Position numbers and translations under genes: made by a program | Source: a virus | Lineage: Duplodnaviria > Caudoviricetes | Virus record (IMG/VR): IMGVR_UViG_3300030104_002782 | Span: 260 to 64,259 of that record | Reading direction: 5' to 3' (one strand) | DNA length: 64,000 nucleotides | The notes under the pieces: model-generated | Seen by the model: only the letters and a program-made list of their open reading frames with translations | Databases searched by the model: none | Told to the model about the DNA's origin: nothing | In this document: piece by piece, positions 17,836 through 30,400 of the stretch | Layout of the letters: every line of letters starts with the position of its first letter | How positions within the stretch are numbered: position 1 is the stretch's first letter

Positions 17836-18924
17836 ATGGGTATAGCAGAAAATAGTCATTATTGGACTGCACGAGTAGCAGGTACAAACCCAGCATCCCC
17901 TTTAGGAGAATATAATACTGCTTGGACTTTATCTGGCTCTGGTTCAGACGGTAGCGTTAGTGGGGATGCTTGGAGAATAAGTGGTTCCGGCCAGACATGG
18001 AGTCAGACAGTAGCAAATGACGATAATGATTTAACAATAATGTTTGCTATGAAATACATTGGCAACCCAGATAATAATCAAGTTTTAGCAACTCTTGATA
18101 ATGGTTCTCATAGAGTACAGATAAAAGCAGATGGTACTGCTGCTAAGTTAAAGTTAGTAGGTGCTACAACTGTAACAACAGATGATTTAGATTTAGGTAT
18201 GGCAGAAGCAGATGCAGTACCTACTCTTTTGCGATTAACTCTTGCGAATGACGGTACTGCTAAATTATACATGCGAGAAATAATAGAAGATGATGCAGCA
18301 CAGCAGCATTATTTAGAAGTAACAGGTTCTTCTAGTGTATCGCAAACTGCATCTTTTGGAAATACAACAGGTAGTGTAGATTGGTATGTATCTTACTTTA
18401 CGCCTCATGGTGCTTACTCTCCCGATGAAATGGATATGTCCGATTGGACTACTAACTCTCTTATTCGCACAGGTATACATATAGTAAATGTATTAAAAGA
18501 AAGTAATAGGTTTTATTTGAAAACTCATGTGACCGATGCTGCTATACTATACGGATATGATTTATCTTCACAGGCTATGATAAGTAGGATTCAACCCCCA
18601 TCAGTACATGTCCTTACACAGAAACTAGAGTCTCCCGATTTTTTGACTCTAGGAGGCCGTAGAACAGACCAGAGATACAATGTCATAATCTATGTAACTA
18701 CTCGTGGTACAGACTATAAGAACGCATATAGACAGGGTCTATCTATAATGGGCGAAGTGTTTGATGAGTTATACACTAAGACGGGTCTAGAAGGAGGAAT
18801 TGATTCTCTTATAGGATATGATGCTACATTAGATAGTAAGTTAGACGATGATGAAATTGTCTGCGTTCATACTCTAACACTAACTTATATGAAAAAGATT
18901 CGGATGTTCTTGCGAGAAGTTTGA
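17836..18924 (+). CDS. Putative tail terminator with N-terminal beta-sandwich domain
   Basis: Directly precedes the tail tube gene; C-terminal 150 aa has a terminator-like pattern. Confidence 0.5.
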   Translation: MGIAENSHYWTARVAGTNPASPLGEYNTAWTLSGSGSDGSVSGDAWRISGSGQTWSQTVANDDNDLTIMFAMKYIGNPDNNQVLATLDNGSHRVQIKADGTAAKLKLVGATTVTTDDLDLGMAEADAVPTLLRLTLANDGTAKLYMREIIEDDAAQQHYLEVTGSSSVSQTASFGNTTGSVDWYVSYFTPHGAYSPDEMDMSDWTTNSLIRTGIHIVNVLKESNRFYLKTHVTDAAILYGYDLSSQAMISRIQPPSVHVLTQKLESPDFLTLGGRRTDQRYNVIIYVTTRGTDYKNAYRQGLSIMGEVFDELYTKTGLEGGIDSLIGYDATLDSKLDDDEIVCVHTLTLTYMKKIRMFLREV

Positions 18925-18960
18925 GTAGTCTTTATTAGACAAATACACAGTGCTTTTAAT

Positions 18961-20019
18961 ATGGCACTAAGTAATGTTCACAGGTATTTGGCTGTGGGTA
19001 AAGAATCAACATATAATACCGCAGTCGCAGCGACAGGTATTGGTGAAGTTGAATCTGAATCTTTCGGACAGACATTCGATGTAATGAAGAGAAGCGACAT
19101 GAATTATTGGAATAGCAGAGAAGCAAGAATGGGTAAAATCTCAACTTCTGGCGGCTGGACTCAAGCACTTCAACCAGACCGATTTACTATGATGTGCCTT
19201 CACGGTCTATTTGGAAAATCTACTCCTTACAATGGAACAGGTGCATCCTCTCCTATTGAAGGTGTATTAGAAGAAACCCCTATTACTGCGGTTACTGCAC
19301 TACCTTCTTACACTTTCCGCATTGGTCGTGACGATGGAGAAGCAATTTTCCCCGGTCAAGTTATTGAATCATGCAGCGTAAGTGCATCAGTAGGCGAATA
19401 CGCTATGATTTCTTTCAGTACCCTTGGTTCTACTCAGACACAAGCAGATTCAAGTCTAGGTACTGCTGTACCAACATATGTCGGAGATGCTTGTCATTTC
19501 GCAAAGACATTCGTAAACTTTGAAGAATTAGCAACTTCTTCTTCATTCTCTACAATGGTACAATCAATTGACTTTGAAATTAAAAATAATCACGATATAG
19601 ACAACTCGTATTCTCTTGGTAACAATGCAGTTACTCGCAGACCACCTGTTACAACTCGTGAAGTAAGTGGTAGCATTACATTCCATAAGATGCTAGAGTC
19701 CGGAGATGCTGAATTAGATGGCGCACCATACTACGAAGAGTTAATGGGTGCAACAACCTCTAATGCACAAGCAGAAGTACATCCGGGTTCGGGAACAGCA
19801 GCACTATCTGTTTTCTTTGATGCAGGTACAAACAATTCAATTAGGTTTGATTTCTACAATCTACACTATGAGATGCCAGAGACATCTGTAAGTGGCAGAG
19901 ATACACAGACAATGACTGTTAAGTTTCATGGTCTGTATGATTTAACTGCTACAGGAACGGTAAAGGTCACATACCAAAGTAGTGACAGTGCTTTAGAAGA
20001 TTTAGATTTGGATGCTTGA
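18961..20019 (+). CDS. Major tail tube protein
   Basis: Motifs GKESTYNT, LPSYT, IDFEIKNN and REVSGSIT; precedes the chaperone and tape measure genes. Confidence 0.8.
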   Translation: MALSNVHRYLAVGKESTYNTAVAATGIGEVESESFGQTFDVMKRSDMNYWNSREARMGKISTSGGWTQALQPDRFTMMCLHGLFGKSTPYNGTGASSPIEGVLEETPITAVTALPSYTFRIGRDDGEAIFPGQVIESCSVSASVGEYAMISFSTLGSTQTQADSSLGTAVPTYVGDACHFAKTFVNFEELATSSSFSTMVQSIDFEIKNNHDIDNSYSLGNNAVTRRPPVTTREVSGSITFHKMLESGDAELDGAPYYEELMGATTSNAQAEVHPGSGTAALSVFFDAGTNNSIRFDFYNLHYEMPETSVSGRDTQTMTVKFHGLYDLTATGTVKVTYQSSDSALEDLDLDA

Positions 20020-20036
20020 GGTTGAGGGGTGATTAA

Positions 20037-20222
20037 ATGCCTATCATCAACAATGCAAAAATAGAGACCAAAGTATGTTATGGTACTCATTTAACCATAC
20101 ATACCGAAGTAGATACAATGGTGTCTAGTATACCAAGTAACTCAGAAGTACACGGTTTAACTGTAACAAAAATGGCAGTTGGTAATAAGTTTATTGCAGT
20201 AGTTTGTTACGAAACCCCATGA
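20037..20222 (+). CDS. Small hypothetical protein
   Basis: GGGGTGA RBS. Confidence 0.55.
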   Translation: MPIINNAKIETKVCYGTHLTIHTEVDTMVSSIPSNSEVHGLTVTKMAVGNKFIAVVCYETP

Positions 20223-20304
20223 GAGTGATATTCCATGCTAGGAAACAGTAGTAAGATTTCCGAGTGGAACGGGTCAATGACCTGTATAGTAAAAGAAAAG
20301 GATA

Positions 20305-20664
20305 GTGAAAATAGTGCCTGTACTAAAGAAAGAAATTGAATTGAATGACGGAAAAAAGATTTGGGTTAGACAAGCATCCGGAATGGATAAACTTGCGATT
20401 GAAAAAACCCAAGCGCAAACTTTGCGAGCATTTAGACATTTTGGGGCTAATCCCTCAGAGTGGACTGATGAACAACATGCAGAGTTTGGAGATGCTTTAA
20501 CAGACGCAGGTGGCGGCATTGACGGCCAAATTGCCTCTTGGGTTCCTGTATGTATCTTAGATGAAGATGTTGATATTAATACTCTTACTTCGCAAGAATT
20601 AAGAACAATTCTAGAGTTTGTTAGAGGAGATGATGTGGAGGGTGCAGTCCCTTTGGCCTCTTAA
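20305..20664 (+). CDS. Tail assembly chaperone (gpG-like)
   Basis: Between tail tube and tape measure; ends on a slippery heptamer. Confidence 0.75.
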   Translation: MKIVPVLKKEIELNDGKKIWVRQASGMDKLAIEKTQAQTLRAFRHFGANPSEWTDEQHAEFGDALTDAGGGIDGQIASWVPVCILDEDVDINTLTSQELRTILEFVRGDDVEGAVPLAS

Positions 20665-20936
20665 CCTTTGTTGCGCCTATGCTATGCTCGGCCTACAAAG
20701 GTGTGTTACCAAGCGACTTATTCGACAAATATGATTGTAAAGGCGGTTGGTATAAACTAGAATATGATTTATCAATTGCTGCTGAAATGACCGATAGAAT
20801 TAACGAACAGATGGATGAAAAGAAAGTTGATGGTAAAAAAGCAGTTGCTAATAGAAATAAGAGGAGAGTAGAGAGAGCCGCACTGATAGATTCAAAAGAG
20901 ATGGGAAACATACTAACAGATTGGGCGGATAGTTAA
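20649..20936 (+). CDS. -1 frameshift extension of the tail chaperone (gpGT-like)
   Basis: C CCT TTG at 20649-20655; the -1 frame is open from the heptamer into ORF 20679..20936. Confidence 0.75.
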   Translation, partial: PFGLLTFVAPMLCSAYKGVLPSDLFDKYDCKGGWYKLEYDLSIAAEMTDRINEQMDEKKVDGKKAVANRNKRRVERAALIDSKEMGNILTDWADS

Positions 20937-23900
20937 TGGCAAAAGCAGGTGCGGCACGAGTCTTTTTCGACATTGTAGGGCAACTACAATCGGAGAAACT
21001 TTTGGGTGACACTAAAGCCGCTATGGTTATTCAAGAAGCCATTGTTATTGATACTCTCGGTGGAATAGCAGATGCTTTCGCAGACTCTACTCAGTATATC
21101 CTAGATGGCGTACAACATGTTATTGACGCATTCTTTGAGTATGAGCAACAATTCGTAAGAGTCCGTAAGTTTTACCAAGGAACGGCTACAGAAGCAAGAG
21201 AGTTTGCTGATGCGGCTATGGAAATGGGTCACGCATTCGCATTTACAGGGGCAGAATCTTTAGCGGCTGCTGCTAGAACGGCACAATTAAAGAATGTATT
21301 AGGCGGTCAGTTAGCAGTTATTGAGGCTACAAGAGCAGGTCTTTTGATGGCCCAAGTTGGTGAAATGGAAACCGAGTTAGGTATGAACCGATTTATTGCT
21401 CTTGCTCAACAGACTCAATTTATGTATGGGGGTCTTACTAAAGCAAAGTATGAAAGCCTTACCGCAGAGCAACAGGCTAACCTTGTAAGAGAAACTTCTA
21501 TACATACTCTTAACCAACTTAACACAATTGAAAATACTTCTGTTGCTACAATGGAAGATATTACATTCGTTCTTAACCAATTCGCAAGTCAAGCAAATAT
21601 CGCAGGTGAATCTATTGGTCAAATGGCTGCTATGTCTGCTTTACTACTTGAAACAGGTGAAGAAGTAAGCAGAGCAGGTACAGGTCTGCGTATGATTTAC
21701 CAGAGACTAGGTAATGCTAATAACGAGGCTACAAAAGCAATAGCAGAAATGGTTCCGGGTCTAGATGCTCAAGGCGTAGCGCAGATGAAATTAACTGATG
21801 TTATTAAAGCAATATCCCCCGCATATGATGAAATGGATGCGGCACAGAAAAGAGCATTAGCAGTTAGTATTGCAGGTTCTCGCCACTACATTAAGTTTTT
21901 GAAGATAATGGAAAATCAAGACCGTCTTATACAGATGCAGACGGACTCATTCCACGCTCTTTATCCCGCTATTGAAGAGTTTGAAAATAAAACTGAATCT
22001 TCTGTTTTCAAAGCAACGCAGATGGAGGCAAAGTTAAATGACATGAAAGTTATGCTTGGTGAAAAATTAGCCCCAGCATATATGTCGTCATATAGAGCGC
22101 AAGAGTTTTTCTTAAAGGGAGTAGAGACCTTTTTAGAATTGCCGGGTGCTGAAAAAGCAGTAGGTGGCCTTATAGCAGCATCTAACATATACAAAGAGAC
22201 ACTACAGCCACTTAGCGAATTAGCATTAAGATTTGCAGGTCTTAGTATTGCTATGAAAACATATACTGCTGCTAATCCAAAAGCAATAGCAGCAAGTAAT
22301 AGAATGGCTAAACAATTTCATAGTTTAGCAGATGCTAGATTATCAGAAAGGATGTTAGGAGATGCAAATATAGAATCTCTAAAAAAAGAAACTATAGGCA
22401 TAAATAGAGCGCAACAATCTATACTAGGTAAAACTTCTGCAAGAAAAAGAAGTCTTACTGCTGATAGAGTAGCATTAAATGTAAAAAGAAGGGCGAATAA
22501 AGCACAAGCAGATACTATTATTAAAAACATAATGGAGGCTGAGTCGGGCGGTAAAGCAGGTAAAGCATTAAAGCAACTTCATTGGCAGAAAGGTAAATTA
22601 GTAAAAACAAATGATAGACTTGCTACTCAACAAGGAAGGCTTCTTGGACTTCAAAAATTAGCAAGAACAGACCATGACTTTGAATTAAAAATTAGCGGTA
22701 TGATTTCTGCACAAAAAAAGGGTAGAGAAATTATTGATAAGCGTACTCTTCTAACTATGTATCAGAATGTTCAAGCACAAGAAGTTATGAATGCAGGTCT
22801 AACAAATCATGCTACTTTGATGTCTAATGAAATTGTATTAACGGCAGAGTTAGATAAACATATGGTAAAACAATTAGAGCATAGGTCTATGGAAATACTT
22901 GTTCTACAAGAAGATGCTAGGGCTAGAATGGCTGCTCTAAATGCAGAAAGAGCAGAGTTATTATCAAAAGATTTATCTACAGTAGCCATAGATGAAAAAA
23001 TAGCGGCAGAAAGAGAAGAAATAATGACTCTCGGTCAAAAAAGGGCTGCGATACAAGGTACAATAATGGCAAATAATCAATATATTGCTAGTAGCAAAGC
23101 CGCAGCAGGTGGCGTAAAAGGACTTACTGCTAATCTAAAATTAGGTGCTACTGCTTTCTTTGAACAAGGTAAAGCCGTACAAGCAGCAAAAGGAGGAATA
23201 ATGGCTATGACAATGCTACTCCCTATGATAGTAGACCAAGAAGAACAAATGGCGGCTATGACTTACAGTGCTGGTATTATGATGGTTGGTATGTTGGTTC
23301 CAGCAATTATGAGTGTTAATGCAGGTCTTATAGAAATGGGGGTAGCCGCAGGTTTCGCAAGCGGAGGACTTACTGTTTTAATAGGCGGTCTTGCAGCATT
23401 AGCAGTATACGCAGGTTTCGAGATATTTTCAGAAACTATTGGAGGAGATATTGAAAGCCAAATTGGTTTAGTTGATGAATTAAATACTAGCCTAGATACT
23501 ACTGCTTCAATACTTGCTGAATTACAAGGGCCATCTGGCGAAGGTGCTATTTTACCGGGCCTTATTGATATATCCTATAATGACTTAAAACAAAATGCAG
23601 ATTTAACTACTCAGACTTATGCAGATGTGCAAAGTAGAATCGCTGGAATGCGAGAGAATGAGGAAAGGGCTATACAGATGGGTAATGATGAGTTGGCTAG
23701 TATGTATGCTACTCAAATAAGTGAAATGGAGGTTATAGAGTCTAAAATTAAAAGTATTGGTGATGCTCAAGCATTAGTTAATGGTACTATGGCAGATTTT
23801 AATTCCGAAGCAAAACACGCTTTTACTATCCAAGAAAAAATGTCTACTCATGGAGATGAAGTAATTGCTTTTAAGGTAGGATTTGATTTTGACGGTGATG

Positions 23901-24403
23901 GAAAAATAGACAAAGGAGAATTATACAAAGAGTTCGATAGAAACGATTTTTATACAGAGGAACATAATTGGCCCGATTTTGAAACTAGAGTGGGTATGGC
24001 AAGAAACGCGGCTTATGAGTATTATTTAGAAGAAAGGGAAAACTTAACAATTGATTATAATAACGACGACCATCAATTTATGGTAGATTATTATACAACT
24101 TTACTAGATGTGCAAGATACATCTAATAATGCTATGATAAATGCAGATAAGCAAATGTATGATGCTCTAAATCAACAGACAGAAGAGTTTGCGAATGCTA
24201 GAGAAGAGTTATTCTTTGGAGAAAGAGCAAACTTCACAGGACAGATATTCAAAAACATTACGCAAGGCGGAGTAGAAAGTATTCTGCATAGAGTAGAGTT
24301 TATTCAAACTAATAACTTTAATGGAATGGTTCTTGATGAAATGGTAGAGCAAGTTAGTACAGGCGTAGTGCAAGAGTTGAGAAGTTTAGGTGTACCAATA
24401 TGA
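20936..24403 (+). CDS. Tape measure protein
   Basis: 1155 aa, Ala-rich and helical, with a TP901-like core (SRAGTGLRMI) and hydrophobic segments. Confidence 0.9.
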   Translation: MAKAGAARVFFDIVGQLQSEKLLGDTKAAMVIQEAIVIDTLGGIADAFADSTQYILDGVQHVIDAFFEYEQQFVRVRKFYQGTATEAREFADAAMEMGHAFAFTGAESLAAAARTAQLKNVLGGQLAVIEATRAGLLMAQVGEMETELGMNRFIALAQQTQFMYGGLTKAKYESLTAEQQANLVRETSIHTLNQLNTIENTSVATMEDITFVLNQFASQANIAGESIGQMAAMSALLLETGEEVSRAGTGLRMIYQRLGNANNEATKAIAEMVPGLDAQGVAQMKLTDVIKAISPAYDEMDAAQKRALAVSIAGSRHYIKFLKIMENQDRLIQMQTDSFHALYPAIEEFENKTESSVFKATQMEAKLNDMKVMLGEKLAPAYMSSYRAQEFFLKGVETFLELPGAEKAVGGLIAASNIYKETLQPLSELALRFAGLSIAMKTYTAANPKAIAASNRMAKQFHSLADARLSERMLGDANIESLKKETIGINRAQQSILGKTSARKRSLTADRVALNVKRRANKAQADTIIKNIMEAESGGKAGKALKQLHWQKGKLVKTNDRLATQQGRLLGLQKLARTDHDFELKISGMISAQKKGREIIDKRTLLTMYQNVQAQEVMNAGLTNHATLMSNEIVLTAELDKHMVKQLEHRSMEILVLQEDARARMAALNAERAELLSKDLSTVAIDEKIAAEREEIMTLGQKRAAIQGTIMANNQYIASSKAAAGGVKGLTANLKLGATAFFEQGKAVQAAKGGIMAMTMLLPMIVDQEEQMAAMTYSAGIMMVGMLVPAIMSVNAGLIEMGVAAGFASGGLTVLIGGLAALAVYAGFEIFSETIGGDIESQIGLVDELNTSLDTTASILAELQGPSGEGAILPGLIDISYNDLKQNADLTTQTYADVQSRIAGMRENEERAIQMGNDELASMYATQISEMEVIESKIKSIGDAQALVNGTMADFNSEAKHAFTIQEKMSTHGDEVIAFKVGFDFDGDGKIDKGELYKEFDRNDFYTEEHNWPDFETRVGMARNAAYEYYLEERENLTIDYNNDDHQFMVDYYTTLLDVQDTSNNAMINADKQMYDALNQQTEEFANAREELFFGERANFTGQIFKNITQGGVESILHRVEFIQTNNFNGMVLDEMVEQVSTGVVQELRSLGVPI

Positions 24404-27400
24404 CAAAGACAGTTACAACAAAGTACAATTTTTGGTTAGCAGGTTACTATGACAACTTTGCTTCTGCTAGATGCGTAGCAGACGACCTTAATGACGCTAA
24501 CGCAAGAACACTAGACCACACTAAAACACATTTTGGTTCTGCTTTAGGTGGAAACGCAAGACTTAATTCTAGATTTAGATATTCCTATCCCGATAGAGTA
24601 AGAACAGGTACTTATTTTTTAGACGCACCTAATGGTACGGGTTGGGCGTATCTAGGTTCTAATGAAGCATTTAGCAGTATTACGGCAGTTACAGATGCTC
24701 TTACACATAATTCTTCTTTTGCTGATTGGCTAAAATATGACATGTATAGAGATAATGTAGATAGTAATACTATTTCGCAATCCAAACCTAAACATCCCTC
24801 TTCTATTCTTGCGAATAGACAAAGATTTGCAGGTGCGGCTGGTGATTCTTACCTAGCATTTTTTAACGGTCACGAAACTGCTGGAAAATACTATTGCCCT
24901 GTAGGAGATATGGATTTTAGTTGGGCTGCTGCGCCCCTTACACAAGGGAATAAAGAAAGAACAGGTGGGACTTATGATGATAATGCTGGCAATCCTGTTC
25001 CTTTTATGCAATACGGTCATACATCTAGTCTATACCCTTCTCATGTACCTGCTTCTGCAAATACTTATGCTTTAGTATCTTTTGCTAGCGTATATGCAAG
25101 CGAAGAACCAAAAATTACTACTGCAACTGAATATGCAGAAACATATTCACATATAATTACAAGTCCCTCTAAAAATAACTTTTTTATTCATAATCTATAC
25201 ATTCCCGCAGAGGCAGGTTCTAGTGGCACACAAAGAATAATGACATATGACGGCCCTCTTAGAATAAAAGGTCTTGGAGAAAGTTTTCATTTGCGAATTG
25301 CAGTAGACAATCCAATTCAAACTTTTTCCGGAAATTACATAGATTTTGCTTATTCTCTAAAGATAGGTTACAAATCTAGTGCTACTTACAATAAATCTAC
25401 AAACGCTTTTAGTGATACTGCTAGTATAGCAACAGTACCTATAACTTTAGCAGATATGGGATTACAAACAGCAGATATAGCAAAATACAAAGAAGGAGTG
25501 CCAGACGCACTACCTTTGGATATGATGTGGGCTGATATAGAAGTTGTTTTTGACTTTAGTGCTAATACTTGGAAAGCATACGCAAATGGAAATACTAGTC
25601 ATTTCGCAACCGGCTCTGTAGACACATCTGTAGAAGAATTAACTGCTATTGGCTGGTCTTTAGATACAACTTGGGCGCGTGGCACTAGTACCTTCGGAAC
25701 ACTAGTTACTATGATTGATAGAGCCGCTATTGCTTTGCCACTTACAAATAAGTTTGATGGTACAATTCCCGCCCCTGTAGAAAAGTTTTCTTTAAGTAGA
25801 GGTACTAACAGAATAAGTACCTGTAGTGTTACAATAGCAGATGATGATAATTCTTATAATCTATTAGCACTAACTACAGGTGTGGCTACAAGCGAATGGA
25901 AATTACTATGCTTTTTAGATAATGAGGATAGACCTTTTTGGCAAGGAGTAGTAAACAGCATTACTCATAAACAAAATAATAAAAATCAAACTCTAAGTAC
26001 AACCATAAAAGCAGAAGATTCTCTAAGTATTTTAGATAGAACACTTCCTATCTGGGAACACGGTCAAAACTCCTACATTACTTTAAGTAATCATATATCT
26101 ATGGCTAGCACAGTAGATAAAAGAATAGAAGAAACTACTGCTATATCTAATACTTTGTTAATGGGTAGTGCTACTTTAAGTTACAAAGGTAGCGAATTAG
26201 GTTTTAGCAAATATGATACAGATAAATACTCTGGCGGCTTTAGTCCTATAACAGATAGTAGAACACAACTTCATTCCGGTACTCCTATTCAGATGTATAT
26301 TAACGAAGATAGTGACGGCCCTAACGATGTTGAAAACGAATGGGAGGGAGATGATGTTTTAGAAATAGTAAGTCACCATCCATTTAACAGTGTTGATAGA
26401 GAGTTTTGGGTAAAGTTTGATGAAAGGATTTATACTTCTACCCCTACATCTCAAACACATATTGATACTTACGGTAATTTTAGTGATGGTGATACTTTTG
26501 TTGTAAAAGGTACTGCTTATGATGGTACATATACAATAAATCAAATGTATACGCAAAAAGATTTAACTACTGCCGAAGATACATGGTTTGTTAGGATAAG
26601 AACAACAGACACATCGGGAAATGTAGCAACAGATAGATTGTTTACTGCTACAGATGTAGTATCGTTAAATGCAGATTATGACGGTAAAAGACTTATTAAA
26701 ATTACAGCATCTTCGGCACATAATCTTTTAGAAGGAGACGAGTTTATGTTCCCTGTAGGATTAACTCTTTCGGGTTCCTCTTCTAACATGGAACATTTTG
26801 CTGCTAGACCATTACAAGTTTTCCATGTAGAGTCTGCTACTGTTCTTCATGTTTTAGTAGAAAGATGGCCTTATGCAGTTGGAGATAGTAAAACTATATC
26901 AAGTAATACAGGTATGGCTTATGACCTAAGCAAAATAAATGGTAAAGACTCTAAGTCTTATCCTAAGACATCTCCCGTACTTTACAAATCAAATACAATT
27001 ACCAATCAGATACCACAAGATGTTACCAAATACAGAAATATACATGCTAGATGGATGAGGGATTTGCCGCAATCTACTTGGTTCAAAGCACAGTTTGGTG
27101 TAATCGCAGCAGAACCTTATTGGAGACATGGTATAGGCTCATTCCTTCACACACCATTTACTGCTGCTCAAGCAGCACTAATGACAGGTGCAGGTGGCAC
27201 AGATTGGAACGCTGATGGTACTACCAAAGTACCTACTATGGAGGGTGATTTAACAACATCCTCTACAACACTTACTTTAAGAGATGCTGCTTTATGGTGG
27301 TACATAAAACACAATAGGCTAAAGGAGTTTATTATAGACTTAGTAGATAAAGACACAGGAGACCATCAGTATATCATAGGTAACAATGTTACCACTCCAA

Positions 27401-30400
27401 CAAACTATGATACTATGTCGTGGCACACTAGCGGATATTTCTATACAGGAGGAGGCGCACATGGTTTTGTCGAAGGGCAGATAATTGTTCATAGAGGATT
27501 TACTCAAGAACACTTAAATGGGCCAATGATGATAAAAGAAGTAGTTGCTTCAAATCAATACACCACTTATAGGATAGAGCAATTTAATGCAAATGACTCC
27601 TCATTTGCATATCTAAAAGCAAAATACAGAGGAGAAAGTAATTGGTCTGACGGTAATAGTAGATGGTATGCAGACCCAGATAACATTACTGCTACTTTAG
27701 TACAACCTTCGTCTGGTGCTGATTATGCGCCCGATGCAGACTCCGGAGGGGTATATCACGGTACTGTAAATCTTACAGGTCTTAAAGGAGTTAAAAGAGA
27801 TTGGAATAGAGCAAACACTATCTATAGTCTTAGAAAAGTAGATGAAAGTAATGGCTACAAACATCTATGGGCTTTATGGGCTGATATGAGAAATGATGGT
27901 ACTGCTGATGCAGACGGTGGTTATCGCAAATCTGATTTTAATTTGCTTTTACCTACATCCCAGAAGTATTCAGTTAATCTTACTTTTGCTAATCAATTTG
28001 ACGAATATGGTTTACCAGATACTTTTTGCGATTTGAAAGTAGGAGAAGATTTAGATATATGGTCTCTTGATGCTACAGAAGAACCATTTACGGGTACTGC
28101 TTGGGAGGCTCTTGAAGGTGGTTCAAACGAAGAACCATTCGACCAATATCATAATTGGAAAGATAAGGGAGGCGCAGTATGTCTAGTGGATGTGTCCCGT
28201 TTTTGGAATCTAAATACTGCTGCTTGTGGTGGCAGACCCGGCTACAATAGCGGTGGTTTAGCAGACTTTGGAGATTACGAAACCAATTCTACAGGTTTCC
28301 CTTATCTTATTGATAATTATTGGAAACATGCAGTAGCAAATCGCAAAAATATAACAGAAGATACTCACTTTGTAAAATATCATAAAAACGCTGATTATTT
28401 CATAAATGACGGTACTCACTTAATGAGAGATATTGCAGTAACAGATACCGTCATTTATTTAGACGATGCAAGTCAATTCGCAAGTAGTGGCTATGGAGTA
28501 ATACAATGCACAGGAGGAGGGTCAGACCGTGACTCTGAAAAGACTAATTATTATTTTTATTGGTCTGGTAAAACTACTGTTCTAATAGATAATCAACCAT
28601 ATGATAAATTAACAGGAGTATATATTACTACCTATGAAGTAGTAACCGGCCCTAAAAATGTAATAGACCAATTAAAAGTAGACCAAGCAGCAAGCGCAAC
28701 AGGTAGCGAAGTTGCTATTGGTAGTAATGAGTTTAGAACAACAGATGTAGAAGGTAATTTTGATACTGTAAGAGTATACAATACTCCCGCAGCATTGTTT
28801 AGTTTTAGATTATTAATGAATATATCTGGTAAAATTAAATCTCTTAACTCTGGCACATACTTTGCACACGATAAACTTAGGTATATGCAGACATTACTTC
28901 TAACAGATAGTTGGGCTACCAATGCAACACTTCCTTGTATCTGGGATATACAGAATGTGCCTAAGACTAGTGATTTAGGAGGGGAAGATTACGGTTCTGT
29001 TCACGATGCTAGAGGGCAGACTATTATGACTTTGCTAAATGATATGAAAACCAAAGAAGGAAATGGTAGTGGTGGAGGACTAAAGACCTTTTCTTGGATG
29101 ATAGGTAGAGATAATAGATTAGACTTTAGAGAAAGTTATGCTAGCGGTCATACATTTAATAGAAATAATCTAAAGGTCTCTGATTTAAGCACAACAGCAG
29201 GTACTCAGATAACAAATGTAAGAGTATACTATAATGGAAACTCTGCGTTTGCAGACCACCCAGAACCTTCTGGTTCAGATGTCAGATGGAGAGTATTAAA
29301 TTATCCAAACATTTTTAACAGAGAAGAAGCCTTGTCTTTAGCAAAACAAGAATACCTTAGAGAAAAGGACTCTAGAGTAAGCATAAGTGCAGAAATAATT
29401 AGGCCATCGGGAGATACAAATGTAATGACAGATGGTGGCAGGTACGGATATGTTGCAGATGTATGTAGAAACTTAACTAGAAAGTACACACAATCTTTGG
29501 GTTGGTGGACTAATACTTTAGGCGGCTCTCCGTTCTTTGGTATTCAAAATGCTTTGGATTGTGGCTCACTTAATTCGGAGGCTAACATAACTACTTCGTC
29601 TTTGTTATACGCAAGCACATACTCTAATGCAGTAGGTTATGATTCAGACCACGCAGCAGACCATAGATGGAGACTAGGCATAGTATCTACAAATAGTGCT
29701 GGTGCAGCACCTACTAGCCCACCTGCAAGTGGTAAAATATACAGGGTATCTACAGGGCCAGATGTATACAAGTGGGCTTACGATGGTAGCAGTTATGGTT
29801 CTAATGTTACATTTAGCAATACTAATACTTGGTACGAATTAGAGTCTACAGTTAGTGGAGTTACATACAAATTATCAGTATACAATATAAACACCTCTCA
29901 TGCCTCTGCTACACAAGAAGTAACTATGTATTATGACAGAGCAACTAGAAGGCATGGTAACGCTTACTATTGGTACGGAACAAACTCTTTATCCCCCGCT
30001 ATACAAGTAGTACATGTAGATAAAGATACTAACAAAGTTAGTGCTACTTCAAGTAATGAATTAAGACTTGCGATTGCATATCACGCTGGTAGTACGGCTC
30101 AGACTGCTACCTTCAAATTATTTGCTTTAGATTATGCCTTTGATGAAGGAATAGGTGCTGGCCCTGTACCACCATTATTTACTGCTGCTACTTTAGAAGG
30201 TTCTTCTTCTGTAGTGATTGATGGTAACGGTATGTTTGAATTAACACTACCTTCATCTTATGATAGTAGTACACCAAAGGTAATCTTTTCAGCAGATATA
30301 GATTATTTGCGAGATGTTATGGATAGAAGATTGTATCAGACTACTCCTAAAAATGCACATAATATGCCATTAGATAGTACATACTCATCCTTTGATACAG

